Shown: positions 39,056-50,545 of the stretch, one piece after another
How positions within the stretch are numbered: the first letter of the stretch is position 1
Layout: every line of letters starts with the position of its first letter
Source: Girardia tigrina
Taxonomy: Eukaryota
Reading direction: 5' to 3'
Assembly (NCBI GenBank): GCA_001938485.1
Contig: MQRK01210104.1
Span: 28,310 to 78,854, forward strand
Length of the DNA stretch: 50,545 bases
Made by a program: the position numbers and the translations under genes
Notes under the pieces: model-generated
What the model was told of the DNA's origin: nothing
Seen by the model: only the letters and a program-made list of their open reading frames with translations
Database searches by the model: none

Positions 39056-42000
39056 CACAGTGTGAAAAAAATCCCATTTTCGCGATATTAATTAATAATT
39101 CCTGAACAGTTCAATCGAATTTGAAGCTGTAAGCACCATTGGAAAGCTAAGAAAACGTACTTTACAAAACATGTGTAATAATATTAACTTTAGTAATATT
39201 ACATTTATTTAAGGAAAGTATCCTAATAAAAATGGGTAATTTTTTTAAATGTGAATTTAAAGATAATTTCGTAACATTTTATTATGAAATATTGAAAAAT
39301 TTAGCAACTAGTTTTAAAAAAGTTAATTTATTGTTCTGGAATATCAAAAAACTGAAGAACTTCATCTGGAGCTAATCATCTCGCTCGGAGGGGTTGGATC
39401 GTAAACTTGAAATATATGGATCCGATGACACCAATAACATGTTTAGAAGGTCTCCATTTGTATTTTCTCCAGAAATCTTTCTTTTGTGATGCTCTTTGTA
39501 TTTTTTTGAAATGTTTATTGCGGTTCTTTTGTGCCTCCACGGAAAGTTGTCCTATTGGTACAAACGCCTCAGATATTATTGTTGGCTCATGTATTAATAT
39601 TTTATGTACCAAAAATATAGGAAAGTAATATTATGGATGTTTTTCAACGATGATTTTTGCTGTTCCTAAACATTAATCTGCAGGTTGATGAATTTTGATT
39701 GCATATCCACTTGAAAGAACTCGAAGAATAGTATCACACCGATTTAAAATATCAGCAGCGATTCCAGTGATTATTGATGATGTTTCAACGTTTCGAAAAA
39801 ATCTTCTAGCAGTGTTTCCGTCATTTCATGTACCTACACCTCCATGACAAACCATATCAACTTTGAGTCAATCTCCTCCTTTAACACAAATTGGATGTTT
39901 TTTTCTTTGATTGAATGAATGTTGTTTTTTTGTCGTTTCTAACTTTGAAAGTTTTGATATCCAAACGATACTACAACTGTAGAAAGTATTCAAAAAATGT
40001 GTTCAAATTAGACATGTCATATGTGATTGCTGACTGTTTTACAGGTCGATTTACAGCTTTGTCGATGTCGTTCATCATTGCTGGAGTTGCATCATAAACA
40101 TAACATTGCTCTGCAGATTATGTGTTCATGATGGCGTTCATACTCACCCATTTGTATGTCGTTGATTTCTACATCATTTGAGATAGTTGTATCAATTTGC
40201 GATGTTACATGTTGCTCTTCAGATTCGGGAACATTGGTATTTTCTTTAACGAATTGAAATCTTATTGGACGGAAGAATCTCGTAGACGAAGGGCATGAAT
40301 TTTAAAATACTACTTCATTGTTTGTTGTCATCTAAATCGGCACCAAAGAAGGAAAATAGGATACAATCGGAATTTCTTGCATCACCCCCGCTATATTGTT
40401 GCTTTTAGGTGCTATGACCAGAACTGTCCTCGAATCCCCATTTGTAAAGAACCTGCAAATTAACTAAATCTTCATTTGCTAAATCTGCCAAAGTTGTCGT
40501 ACTTGCTTTAAGAATTCGTGATGATCTGTGATTTAAAAGCTCTTCTAGATTGACTTCAGCAGTTGTATCAGTAATGGTGACTGTAGTTTTTGACGGATAA
40601 CATTCCTTCTTGACTGCCATAATCGATTTATACGTTGGTAATGTATTATAGCCCTTTTCAATCAAGCGTTTTTTATGCGATCATAGCTCGTTACGCCTAA
40701 GCTTTTATTGATGGTCATAGCTGGCGCTTCCTCGGTTGTAAATAGAATTTATTTTGGTTTTTCATAAGTAGCAATCATTTTTGAAGCTCTAGTAGGTGAA
40801 GTTCTCGTGACTGCTTTAATTACTTTAGCAGCATTTTTATTAATCGGTCTGCTACTCATTTCAGCTGCATATGATAGCTCCTGGGCGCTGACGTTGAGTC
40901 TAATGTCTGAAGTTCTTTTTCGCTTTTGAGATGGAAGCTCTTCAAAACTCTTCTCTTTAGCGGGCATTCGGGTCTAGTTCTTAATTTAATACCGCTAGAT
41001 GTTTTCGGGAGTTCATTTACAACGGCAGATGATAAATCAATCGACCTTTCAGTAATCCGTCTTTTTTGTTGTTTGAACAAAGGTTTTTGATTTTATGTTT
41101 CAGTTCTGCCGAAACTGCATCTAATAATGTTGACAAATCTATTGGGAAGAATCGAAAAATTTCATAGAAAACCATTTTAACGTATTCCACATTCAATGAA
41201 ATTTTAAAATTCTTCATAAATTTCCAAAAGGTATTTTTTTAAATTTGTCATCGTTAGTCGTCCCTGCAAATAAAAATTAGTAAAAAACATTACTTATAGT
41301 TAAAAGGACAAATTCAGTTAATCTTACAAGATAAACAATTTGATTTAAAAAAATTCATTAAGGAAGTCGGTTTATTTTACCCATCTATTGGCATATTTCG
41401 TCAAACGAAATGGCAAAATCGTATGAATACGCAAAACCTAAAGAAGAATATCTATTTTCATATGTATTACACTGAAGAAAATGTATTCGAATTATCCATA
41501 GAGTTAAACTCGTTTTACTGTTTTGCGAATATATTCATCTTAAGTGCTATCTAATAGATTGGCTGTGGCGAATATATTCGTGATAAGGCTTGGCGGGTTA
41601 ATATCCTCTTGCAATACATCATGACTCAAACGAAATAATCTTAATACATCAATATCAGATTTTCAAACGAGATAACGAACAATCGGAAATAATCTCCGAA
41701 GTTGCAGTCCATTGAAAACAAAAAGTTAATTACAAGAGGCGTATCATATTAAAATGTATTTACAAAAAACGGTAATTCGTTAAATTCTCAAATTCTTATT
41801 AACTATTATGTACATGCCTTGATCCATCGTGATTAGTAACGGATGCGCGTTTTACAATTGATGTAATATCACTTTAACTTTCAGTGAAAAACGATTATTT
41901 GTGATCTTTTCACAACCACTGATTTTAAGCAACTCATTTAATAGGATATCGATCAAAAGAATTTGTATAAAATATTATTTAGATGTCGTACACATGTATT

Positions 42001-42084
42001 TTTAAAATTTTAAACTTAAAATGGTCAAATTTAAGCACAAAAAATTGAATTAATATCGCAATTTCACCTTTATTCCACACTGTG
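39056..42084 (-). mobile_element. Full-length Transib DNA transposon (RAG1-related transposase, pseudogenised)
   Basis: TIRs start CACAGTGTG at both ends; perfect 5-bp TSD CATTG (39051-39055, 42085-42089). Transposase motifs 'KWGFEDSSGH', 'PSSTRFFRPIRFQF', 'NDGNTARRFF', 'VHKILIH...PIGQLSVEAQKNRNK'. Confidence 0.95.
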
Positions 42085-42649
42085 CATTGACATAAATAGG
42101 GATGTATAAATATTCTTTAACAATTTACCAAATCTAAAGGACAGTAATTAAAGTGATTTTATGTTACAGAGAAATTCTTCACTCTTAATGAATTATTAAG
42201 ACAAAATATATATAAAAAAGAATTACGATTTAATATTATTCAGTTTCTGAGAAATAGTTTATACGATTAAAAAACAATTGATACTTAAATTAGATCAAGA
42301 AAATAATTAGGTCTAAAATTGAAAAGAAAAGTGTAAATTAAGAATACTGTGATTTATTTATTTGAAAAAACATGTACTTAAACAAGTTCTTAGGTGAAGT
42401 GTAAATATATGTTTCTGAATTTTTAATTTAAATACATATTAACTTCAAGATTTATCAAAACCCTCAAAAATCAATTATATTACATATTCGTTAACAAATA
42501 CAACAATAAGAAAGTATAAAAATATAGAATAAATACAAGTTTTTAACTAAAACGGTTAAATATATTGTGAATTAATGCGATAAATAAAAGTTATTTTAAT
42601 TGATGATTGTCAAACGAATTCAGATTTTCAAATACAAGTTTGTCAGTTG

Positions 42650-44480
42650 CATTTCGATGTCGACGTACCATAGGCGTGAAGATACCTCGATCGTGGAAGA
42701 AGTGAACCAGAAACTGGCAGAGTGGAAAAAGAATGGGAGGTTGATTCCATTCGAGGGAACGGCAAAGGTGGTCCTACCGCTATTGGCGGTGGTTCAGGCA
42801 GCCAATGGGAAAGTTCGGCCGCTGCGCAAAAGGAGAAGAAAGGGAATATCCCTCGAGATCGAGGTGGGCATACCTCCAGATAAAAGTGAACCGGAGTCTA
42901 TGGCCCTATCAAGTGATCCACCAAGACTAACGCAACTGGTTTTTGGGCTGAACGCAGCGCTAAATATTATGAGGTACATCATGGAGCACGTCCTCGGGTT
43001 GAACCCAGACCTTATGGAGGCAGCTTACGCGTACTCTGACGACGTCATGATCAACAGCAACAAAGCTCGACAGTTTCTTACTCGAGACGAAGCCACCAGT
43101 AGAAATCAATGAAGGCAGATTACTCGAACTGGCAGTACGAGAATCTGGCGGCGAACTCCGTTGGTAGCGGGCGGCTAAGTGCGAGTCTTGCCAGAGAGAC
43201 TAACGGAACGGAAATTGTTCTCATGAATCGAACAACTGGTGGGCATTTTTCGTTCTGTGGCTGGTTGAGACCGGCATGCAGCTTCCTGAAATGGATGGGC
43301 GCCCGCGGTGGATGAGACGACGCTGTGACACCGCTAGTGGTGAACATCGCAGAGAAGCTGGTTGAGTGGCTGAAGATTAAAAACCCGGTGAGGCAGATGG
43401 GAGGTGCCTGACGACGGTCAAGGTCACGTTTGGTACTACGCGAGTTCAATTGTGACCGGTATCTCAGTAGAGATATGGGTGCAGTGGCCGAAGATACATC
43501 ATGGTTGCGCGAGTAGGACGAATCTGCTCATATAAACTTGACAGAAATCGAAGCGGTCAATGCAGTAATAATGGCAGCGGTCGCGTAGAGCCTAAAATTA
43601 GTCGAGGGCATAACTGACTTGGCCAACATGTTCTGGTGGTTAATGAACACAACCAGAGACGACGGACTGATCAGATCCAGTGGAATGAGCGATCAAAGAG
43701 AAGCATTTGCAGGTCAAATGGAAACTAGTCGGCTCAGCGGAAAACCGAGCAGATCATCTAACTCGTGTGCCGAATAAATTGTTAATTGCAGTGAAGGAAA
43801 GATCAGAGATGGCGACAGCAGCCATTGGAGAGGGATAGGATCCGATGGACGATCTAAAAATACTGAAACAAAATCCACCATGTCGGGCGAAACGGATGTC
43901 GTTTTTGGTGTGGAAACTGTGGGACTCAGGACGCGTGACCGAGAGGCAAATTCGGGAAGTAGTAAAAAAGTACGCATCAATCGACCCGGCAACGGTGAAT
44001 ATGGACAAAGGAGAGCTCACCTTCAAGGAGACATGGAAGAGACTCACAATGGATGTGACGCACACGTCTGAAGAAGAATTCATGACACTGGTCGATTGCA
44101 GGTCAAGCGATTCCCAGTTTAAAAGAAGACGCGTCAGAATGCAAGGGGACTTGTGCGTAGCACTGAGAGCAGACTTCAGTGAGTTTGAGACGCCGAAAGA
44201 AATTCTGCTGGACAACTTCACTACTCACCTCAGGTCAGCCATCCGAGATCTGCCCGCCAGGGTGAACGCCGACAGCTTTAACGACAGCTCCGATTCTGTA
44301 TATGAGCAGCAGTGTAATCAGGTGACGAATGTCTCCAAGAGCGACCAGTCCCAGATCGACGAGGTGAAGATGTCAAGTCCACTACAATTGGTCACCCGGC
44401 CGGTAAAATTTACCGACTTCGTTTGCATGGGAGCGATGGTATCGGGAAGAAACGGTATTGCTTACAAAGTTAAGTGTAAA
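42650..44480 (+). mobile_element. Decayed pol (RT-RNase H-integrase) of the same broad LTR family as 2233-4810
   Basis: 'LPLLAVVQAANGKVRP', 'LTQLVFGLNAA', 'YSDD', 'GHFSFCGWLRPACSFLK', 'EDTSWLR...HINLTEIEAV', integrase 'SIDPA...WKRLTMDVTH...TLVDC'. Confidence 0.85.
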
Positions 44481-44484
44481 TAAA

Positions 44485-44965
44485 TGCGATCCGTCTTCTT
44501 TGAATCCGATTAAACAGAAAAGCATGGTGCTTATGATGTCCATGATTGGATTGATGGGAGAGGCCGCTCCTAAATTGAAATACGTTGAATTTGAGACAGA
44601 GGAAGAGTGAGTCGATTTGTATGAACAGATCGGGAAATATGTGAGAGTGTTGTTTTAAAATTGTCGATTGATTCACGTGCATTTGAGTGAATATAATCTT
44701 CTTTATCATGACGGGAAAATTTGGATGATAGGTGTGTTACTAAGTGTCGAACATTTCCATCCTGAGGCACTTAATTTTCTGAGAAAAGATTGTCACACAA
44801 TGAACCAGTTTGTTCGGAATCAAAACCGGGTCTTTGAGAGAGTTTTTCGATTTCGTTCTCGATCTGACGATTTGTTCGACGTCGAAGGAAGAAGAATTAT
44901 CGATTTTTATTAAAAAATTAATCAAGCAAGGTGATTATTATCAAAATGCTGAAGAAGGTTTCTTC
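44485..44965 (+). pseudogene. RIOK1: RIO kinase (RIO1/RIO3-type) C-lobe fragment, intronless, inactivated
   Basis: 'VLMMSMIG..GEAAPKLK...DLYEQI...[47 protein letters not shown]' then, after a frameshift, 'LREFFDFVLDLTI'. This matches RIO1 'VLVMSFIG...APLLK...LVHADLSEYN..Y....IIDVSQSVEHDHP.ALEFLRKDC...VRELFEFVTD'. Catalytic Asp residues are lost and stops are present. RIOK3 not excluded. Confidence 0.85.
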
Positions 44966-45469
44966 AACGGTATCAAAAAATTGAGTGCAATTTGGCAAAG
45001 AGCAGTGATACCAATGGCAAGATCGGCCACTGGATCGTTCACGAGAATCGGTGGAGCGCGAATTCATGTGGTTGTTGTTAATCTGGAGAACAGTTTCCAA
45101 GTGATCGTCGGGGTTCCTGGTCGTGAGTACGACAGGATCATGCGAAGGAGCTGGAAAACGGATTTGATTCAAAATTTCGATCTCGATAAAGCGGATGAAA
45201 TGTTAAGGAGTTTCAAGGTGTAGATTCAAAGTATGATTCGGATTATCGGATGTAACGTTTGTGGTATGATTTTCTCCTCACGACTCGCCCACTCTCCACC
45301 TTTGCCAAGCTTGTTCTAGCACCATAAAATCTAATTCGCAAACTTCAAGAGCGATATCCTTCAACACATAATAACACATACAGTCACACATACCATTACA
45401 TAATAATCACATACACAAACATTGTACTTTTTAATGAAGCACACAGATCACTGATGCTTGTGATCGTGT

Positions 45470-46070
45470 ATCTAGTTTCCTTTGTCTTTGTCATATACTT
45501 GTCTATTATCTGTAAATATTCTTTGCTTCAAGTTTCCTTCATTTGATCTTGTTTCTTCGTATTCGTTGTACTTGTTGCAATTATGCATTTTTGCAATATC
45601 ATATCTTTGATTTTGAGGTCTCTGTTGATTTTGTGCGTTGTTTGTCCTTTGCCAGTAATTCTTTATGGTGTCTTGATCTCTTTCTTTTAATCTATCATTG
45701 TTCATGAAGCATTGTGCTCTGATGCGGTCATTTATGTAACAAAAAGAACACTTTATATTTGACAGTTTCTTCCTATGTGTCCTTCTTCGGGACATTCCCA
45801 GCATTTTACAATTTTTTTCGGTTCGTATTTGTTATTTCTTTGATTTCTGCATCTTTTTCGAAATTTATATCTTGGATTCGTTCCTGATAATAGTGGTTTA
45901 CGTTTGGCTATAGTTTTCTATTCATCATGTATACCTACAGTATTACTTGCCGCAACTGTTTTTTCTTTTTCCATTTTGCGTAGTTCATACATATTTAAAA
46001 CTACGTATTTTATGTCTTTAGCTTCAATAGCTCCTCTAAACCTAAATTCTTTTGTCACTTCATAATTATA
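45470..46070 (-). mobile_element. Gypsy gag remnant
   Basis: Two degenerate CCHC knuckles ('CWECPEEGHIGRNC', 'CSFCYINDRIRAQC') and an N/Q/R-rich tail, similar in layout to the gag at about 12000-12350. Abuts the mariner at 46076. Confidence 0.6.
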
Positions 46071-46075
46071 AACTA

Positions 46076-47342
46076 CGTGGTGCGATCCCTAAGTCCTTAT
46101 ACTCGTTGATAAATAAGATTTTGACGTATATGCCGTTTATACTATAAATAGATGAGCTATCATTGGTTACAGATATGACTCACCATACCCAACCTGTGTG
46201 TGTGAGTGGTGCGTACAGCCATTATTTCACTTTTTACTGTAGACATGGACAGTAACGTCGAATATTGCAGCGTGATAAAATTTCTGCTCCTGCGCAATAC
46301 TTAAAGCTGCAAAATTTTGCAGCAGTTGCAGGAAGCTTACGGTGACCAGTGCCCATCACGTGCAACAGTGTATAATTTGATCAGAGACTTTAAAGATAGC
46401 CGACAATCCGTTTTTGATGCTGAGAGATCAGGACGACCGTGTGGAAGTGATTTGTGCATGAAGATCGTGTCAGAAGAGAGGCGAATAAACATACGTGAAC
46501 TTGCACAGCGTCTATCCATCAGCTACCATTCTACATATGATATTCTGCAATCATTTGGAGTTCGCAAACTGCGTTCACGTTTTGTTCCCCGATTCCTATC
46601 CGGTGAAATGTGCGACAAACGATTGCAGTATTGCACTACCAATTTGGAGTTGCTTCGCACTCATGTTGATCGCTTCATCAACAAAATCGTTACACAAAAT
46701 GAAACCCCGGTGAGCTTGTATGTGCCTGAGATCAAGCGTTAATCTTATGAGTCGTTCTTCCCTAGTAAAAGTGCTCCCTGAAAACTTCGAAGTGGCACGT
46801 CGCCAAGTGAGCAGCAATGCTGAGTGTTCTGGGATTCCCATGGCATTATTAAAATTGATTTCCGTGAAAAAGGACTGACAATGAATAGTGAGTATTATGT
46901 TGAATTACTTCCCGATGCGAGAAAGTCTCGTTGGAAGCCAAGAAGGGTCACATTGTGGCTCCTTCAAGATAATGCACCCATTCACACTTTGCGAGCAACT
47001 TTAACTGCTGTGGATGACTGTGACTTTCAGTTGGTTTCCCACCTCCCTTGTAGCCCTGACCTAGTCCCAAGTTATTTTGTGTTGTTTAAACACCTAAAGA
47101 AACATTTGAAAGGTGTCCACTTTCATTCAGCTGATGTTCTCAAGGATAAAGTCCTTGATATTCTCAATTCTTTTCCTCCCCATTTTCTCTGAGCTTGTTG
47201 CTCTTTGGCGCAAGTGTGTTGATGTACACGGCTCATACATTGAGAAATGATTTACTTTGATGTAATGTACTGATTCTGAAAAAATAAAGATTATTGGACT
47301 TTGCTTTCTTGTCGAGTCTAAGGACTTATGGATCGCACCATG
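46076..47342 (+). mobile_element. Full-length (1267 bp) mariner element, transposase with stops
   Basis: 30-bp TIRs cgtggtgcgatccctaagtccttatactcg / cgagtctaaggacttatggatcgcaccatg with TA on both sides. HTH 'LQEAYGDQCPSRATVY', 'SRFVPRFL', 'VTQNET', 'FWDSHG', 'LLQDNAPIH', 'HLPCSPDLVPS'. Confidence 0.95.
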
Positions 47343-47691
47343 TATATTCATACAAATAAGGTTGAGCAACTTTTTCTTAGAAAGTTTACTTTCTGTTAAT
47401 ATCGTTAATATTATTAACTTAATAATTCTTCGGATTTTTTGAACATTTATTCAGGATCTGATGATCCACATGAGATATTTTAAAACATTAGTAAAAATTT
47501 GGTAAATAATAAATAATAATAAATCTGGTAATAAATTGGTAAAAAATATCGTAAAAATACCCATAATATCAGCAGAACGTCCAAAATTCTTAATGAAATC
47601 ATCTTATTTCGACTCGGGTCGATCAAATATTTTGCATCTTATTATATTCATTGTCACATGAACAGGGGTCACCATATTAACGAAATCAATA

Positions 47692-48545
47692 TGGGACTCC
47701 CATCTCTTTCAAGAATGGCATTGAGAATATAGGCTCTTAAGACGGTCCACCCAAAACAAATAAGTCTATAAGCTCCCCGAAAAATCTCCTACGGGGACGT
47801 CAGCTTTTCGCTTCCGCGCACGCTTTGGCAATTCAGTCAGAAAGGATCAGTCGTTGATAGTTGTCCCATGAGTCTACATTCTTTTGGCTATATACGTAGA
47901 CTTTACCCATTCGCGAAACGGACATCTGAAGGTTCCTTTCGCAGTTAGATCTGTAAGGTGGTAGTCCCGATGGGTTTCTAAAGGACTCGCTTCTGACTCT
48001 TCTATCGAAGCAGCATTCGAATCATAGTCTTCTGGCATCGCGTTCAGTGGTTGATTCCCTTCTTCTGATTGTCCGGACTGATTGGTTCTGCTCGGAAAGA
48101 TTTGGACTAAATGTTCTCCTTCAATTTGTGCGCTATTTTGAGATGTCCGATGAGATCTCCTTTAGTCTTGTAGTTCTTTCGGTATAGATGGTAATTGAAT
48201 CCCTCCGGCTCTTCTTCTTGAGGGACTTTTGGTCTATTATCTTGTTTCTCGTGTTGATACAATTTATCTGCTCCATGAATTCCCTGAAATAAGATTCGTA
48301 TGAACACTGAAACAGTTTCATCTGCTGTCTGATAAGTTTTGGCATGTCTTCTGATTTCCGCCCAATTATTTGCCTCTCGAATATTATTGAGTCGATCCTA
48401 TCTTTGCTCTTGAGTTGAGCGCTTTCCTGCTGAATTAATATTAAAAAATCATCACAGGAAGCGGTTTCTCCAAAAAGCGTGGTCCAACCATTGAGAAGAA
48501 CGTCTCCGATGGTTGTAGAGAATCCATTTTTAATCACACGCTACA
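47692..48545 (-). mobile_element. RTE-like LINE 3' portion, copy 2
   Basis: Reverse complement is colinear with about 13100-13870, with the same two zinc-finger-like motifs and 3' tail. Confidence 0.7.
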
Positions 48546-48559
48546 ATTCAGTCAAGAAA

Positions 48560-49166
48560 CGGATCATTTTTTTACAGAAGAAGTGAAGACGATGCCTCAT
48601 AACGATGCGTTTATTGATTGTCATTTAATTTGTATGTAATACATTTATCCAGTTTTTTCGACTCCCCAATGTCACGCAGATGGTTTTAAATTGTATCTAT
48701 CATGACACCTAGTTCCTCCGCAAGCTCTCGAACTATTATGCCTGGATTTGCTTCTATAAGATCCTTCAAAGTTTCATTTTCAATAGCAGGTTTCCGTCCA
48801 CGGCCATCATCATCTTTGAGGGTCTCATCTCCTTGAAATTTTTTGAACCACTGTTGTAACATACCTTCTTTTGTGATTCCATTGCACAATGTACCGTTGA
48901 TTTTACGGGCGGCCTCCGATGCTTTGTGGTCAAGTTTGAATTCATATAAAAAATTGCTGGTATGCGCTTTTTTACATATTGACAACTATTTAAATAAACA
49001 CGTTATTTTAAAGTTAATATTTAAACAAAGTATTATAGAAATATAGAGTTTATCTTGGGCTTTAAAATTATGTATAAAACATAAATAAATGAGAAAGATT
49101 TATTTCAAAACATGATCAAAATCAGGACCATTCAAAAAGCGACATTATTTTTTAAACAATCCAATA
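48560..49166 (-). mobile_element. Mariner 5' fragment (HTH domain)
   Basis: 'FLYEFKLDHKASEAARKIN...QQWFKKFQGDETLKDDDGRGRK' is the Mos1-type N-terminal HTH. Confidence 0.85.
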
Positions 49167-49189
49167 GTAGCTCTCTGCGCTTAGTTGCT

Positions 49190-49810
49190 GGATGTTCCCA
49201 GCTAGTTCTTTGAGACATTTTATGCTTGTATAATGTGTTCTAAATCCGTAAACCTCTAGAGGTAGCAAGTTCCATTAAAAGCTCACCACTCTCTGAAGTG
49301 TGGTGAGTGACGCGTAAATTCCAACAATATTTCTGCATTCATCATTTTTCCCAATTCTACAGTTGAAGTCACCTCAAATAATGAATTGGTACTTTTTAGT
49401 TTCAGCGATCCTTTTCATCTTTATCATTAACTCGTTGAGTTTCTCATAGAAGTCTCGTCTCTCTTCTATGGTGTATCCAGACTCTGTTGGAGCGTAAACT
49501 CCAATCAGTGTTAGTTCCCTGCTCGGTATAATACAGGTAAAAATTCTTTCGTCAGTGCATTCAAATTCAATGTCATTACAATCAGTCTTCTTTATCATCA
49601 GAGCCGTACCACATACTTTTCTCTAACCCAAATTTATACCAGTGTGTAGTAATTTCTATGAAGCAAATTCGTGTGTTTCTTGGTTCCAGCAATGTGTCAT
49701 AGTGAGGATATATATGTCTATATGATTCATTTCTGATATTTCAATAAGATTCAATAGTTTCTCATCTTACTACCCCCGAGCGTTCCAGTTACCAACTCTC
49801 AATCTGACTT
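49190..49810 (-). mobile_element. Non-LTR retrotransposon APE endonuclease remnant
   Basis: 'LRVGNWNARG', 'LIGVYAPT...FYEKL', 'GDFNCRIG', 'SGELLMEL'. Confidence 0.85.
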
Positions 49811-50406
49811 TGGAGTCCTTCTATCTAGACAAAATCAATATGACTTTTTGAACATTTATTATTATTAGAAATTGAATTGTCATTACAACAATTCTTCAAA
49901 TCACTTTCACTATACGACATCTCTTGATTAATACTTTTCTGAGTTTCATCTTAATTTTTGAAAACAAATGGAAAATATTTATAAAATTAATTAATAATCA
50001 AAACTCTAATTAGTTAAAATCAAATCTAAACATTTTAAAAAAATTACCAATTAAATTAATAAATTTAAATTTTAAATTACATTAAAAATTAAATTTTACA
50101 TTCGAAAATTTAAATATTACATTTGAAAAATATTTTAAATATTTATACTTTAAAATTAAATTCGTCTAGTCTTTTATCAAAATGTTTTCCGAATTTTTTA
50201 GAAATCTTTATCATATATTCATTCTTCGATGGATTGACCGAAAACCCTTTCCGTGAAATGAACATTTTCAACAACAAAATCAGACTTAGAACTTTCTTCT
50301 ATGATTTCAAATGAAAACTGACAAAATAACGAGTTATGCTAATGATTTTCAATTAACAATATTACTAATTCATAGAATTATTTATTCCGACAAATGATTG
50401 ACTCAC

Positions 50407-50545
50407 AATGTTTTACAGGACATTTGGCTTTTTAGCGCAATTTCCATACTGACAATTGCGATTATTAATTGGTTATTTCTGTGTGGATGTGTGTCCGCAG
50501 CTTTAAGTCGTATCTCCTCCTCAACGAAGCAATATCGAGGGCTAG
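50407..50545 (-). CDS. Possible exon of an unidentified gene running off the window end
   Basis: Open frame SPRYCFVEEEIRLKAADTHPHRNNQLIIAIVSMEIALKSQMSCKT ends at a strong GTGAGT donor. Confidence 0.3.

Noticed and set aside
39056-42084. ProtoRAG (RAG1L+RAG2L) transposon
   Set aside because: Only about 3 kb with a single transposase, no kelch-like ORF, no nonamer and no 12/23 asymmetry; it fits plain Transib.

Overview
An AT-rich eukaryotic (animal-like) genomic window, not a prokaryotic one. It has GT-AG introns from about 44 bp to several kb, (TA)n microsatellites and several N-runs. Most of it is decayed, often nested transposable elements: mariner/Tc1/Tc3-like, Chapaev3-like (CMC), a full-length Transib with TIRs and a 5-bp TSD, a Harbinger-type MITE, Gypsy-type LTR elements, a second LTR family with a DIRS-like RNase H motif, and RTE-like LINEs. 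One apparently intact host gene can be partly rebuilt on the minus strand. Five phase-compatible exons (38867 to 28298, 310 codons, no stops) encode HRM-GAIN-GPS-Pro-rich linker-TM1 of a divergent adhesion-GPCR-like receptor whose GPS lacks the HL/T cleavage motif. Intronless, broken fragments of host genes (ACSL3/4-type acyl-CoA synthetase, RIO kinase, a coiled-coil protein and several unidentified GC-rich pieces) lie among the TEs. I saw no rRNA, tRNA or CRISPR array and no demonstrably new biological system. The best leads are the non-canonical aGPCR, the RSS-like Transib, the captured host-gene fragments and the LTR family with DIRS-like RNase H. All family assignments come from motif recognition by eye; no database search was run.
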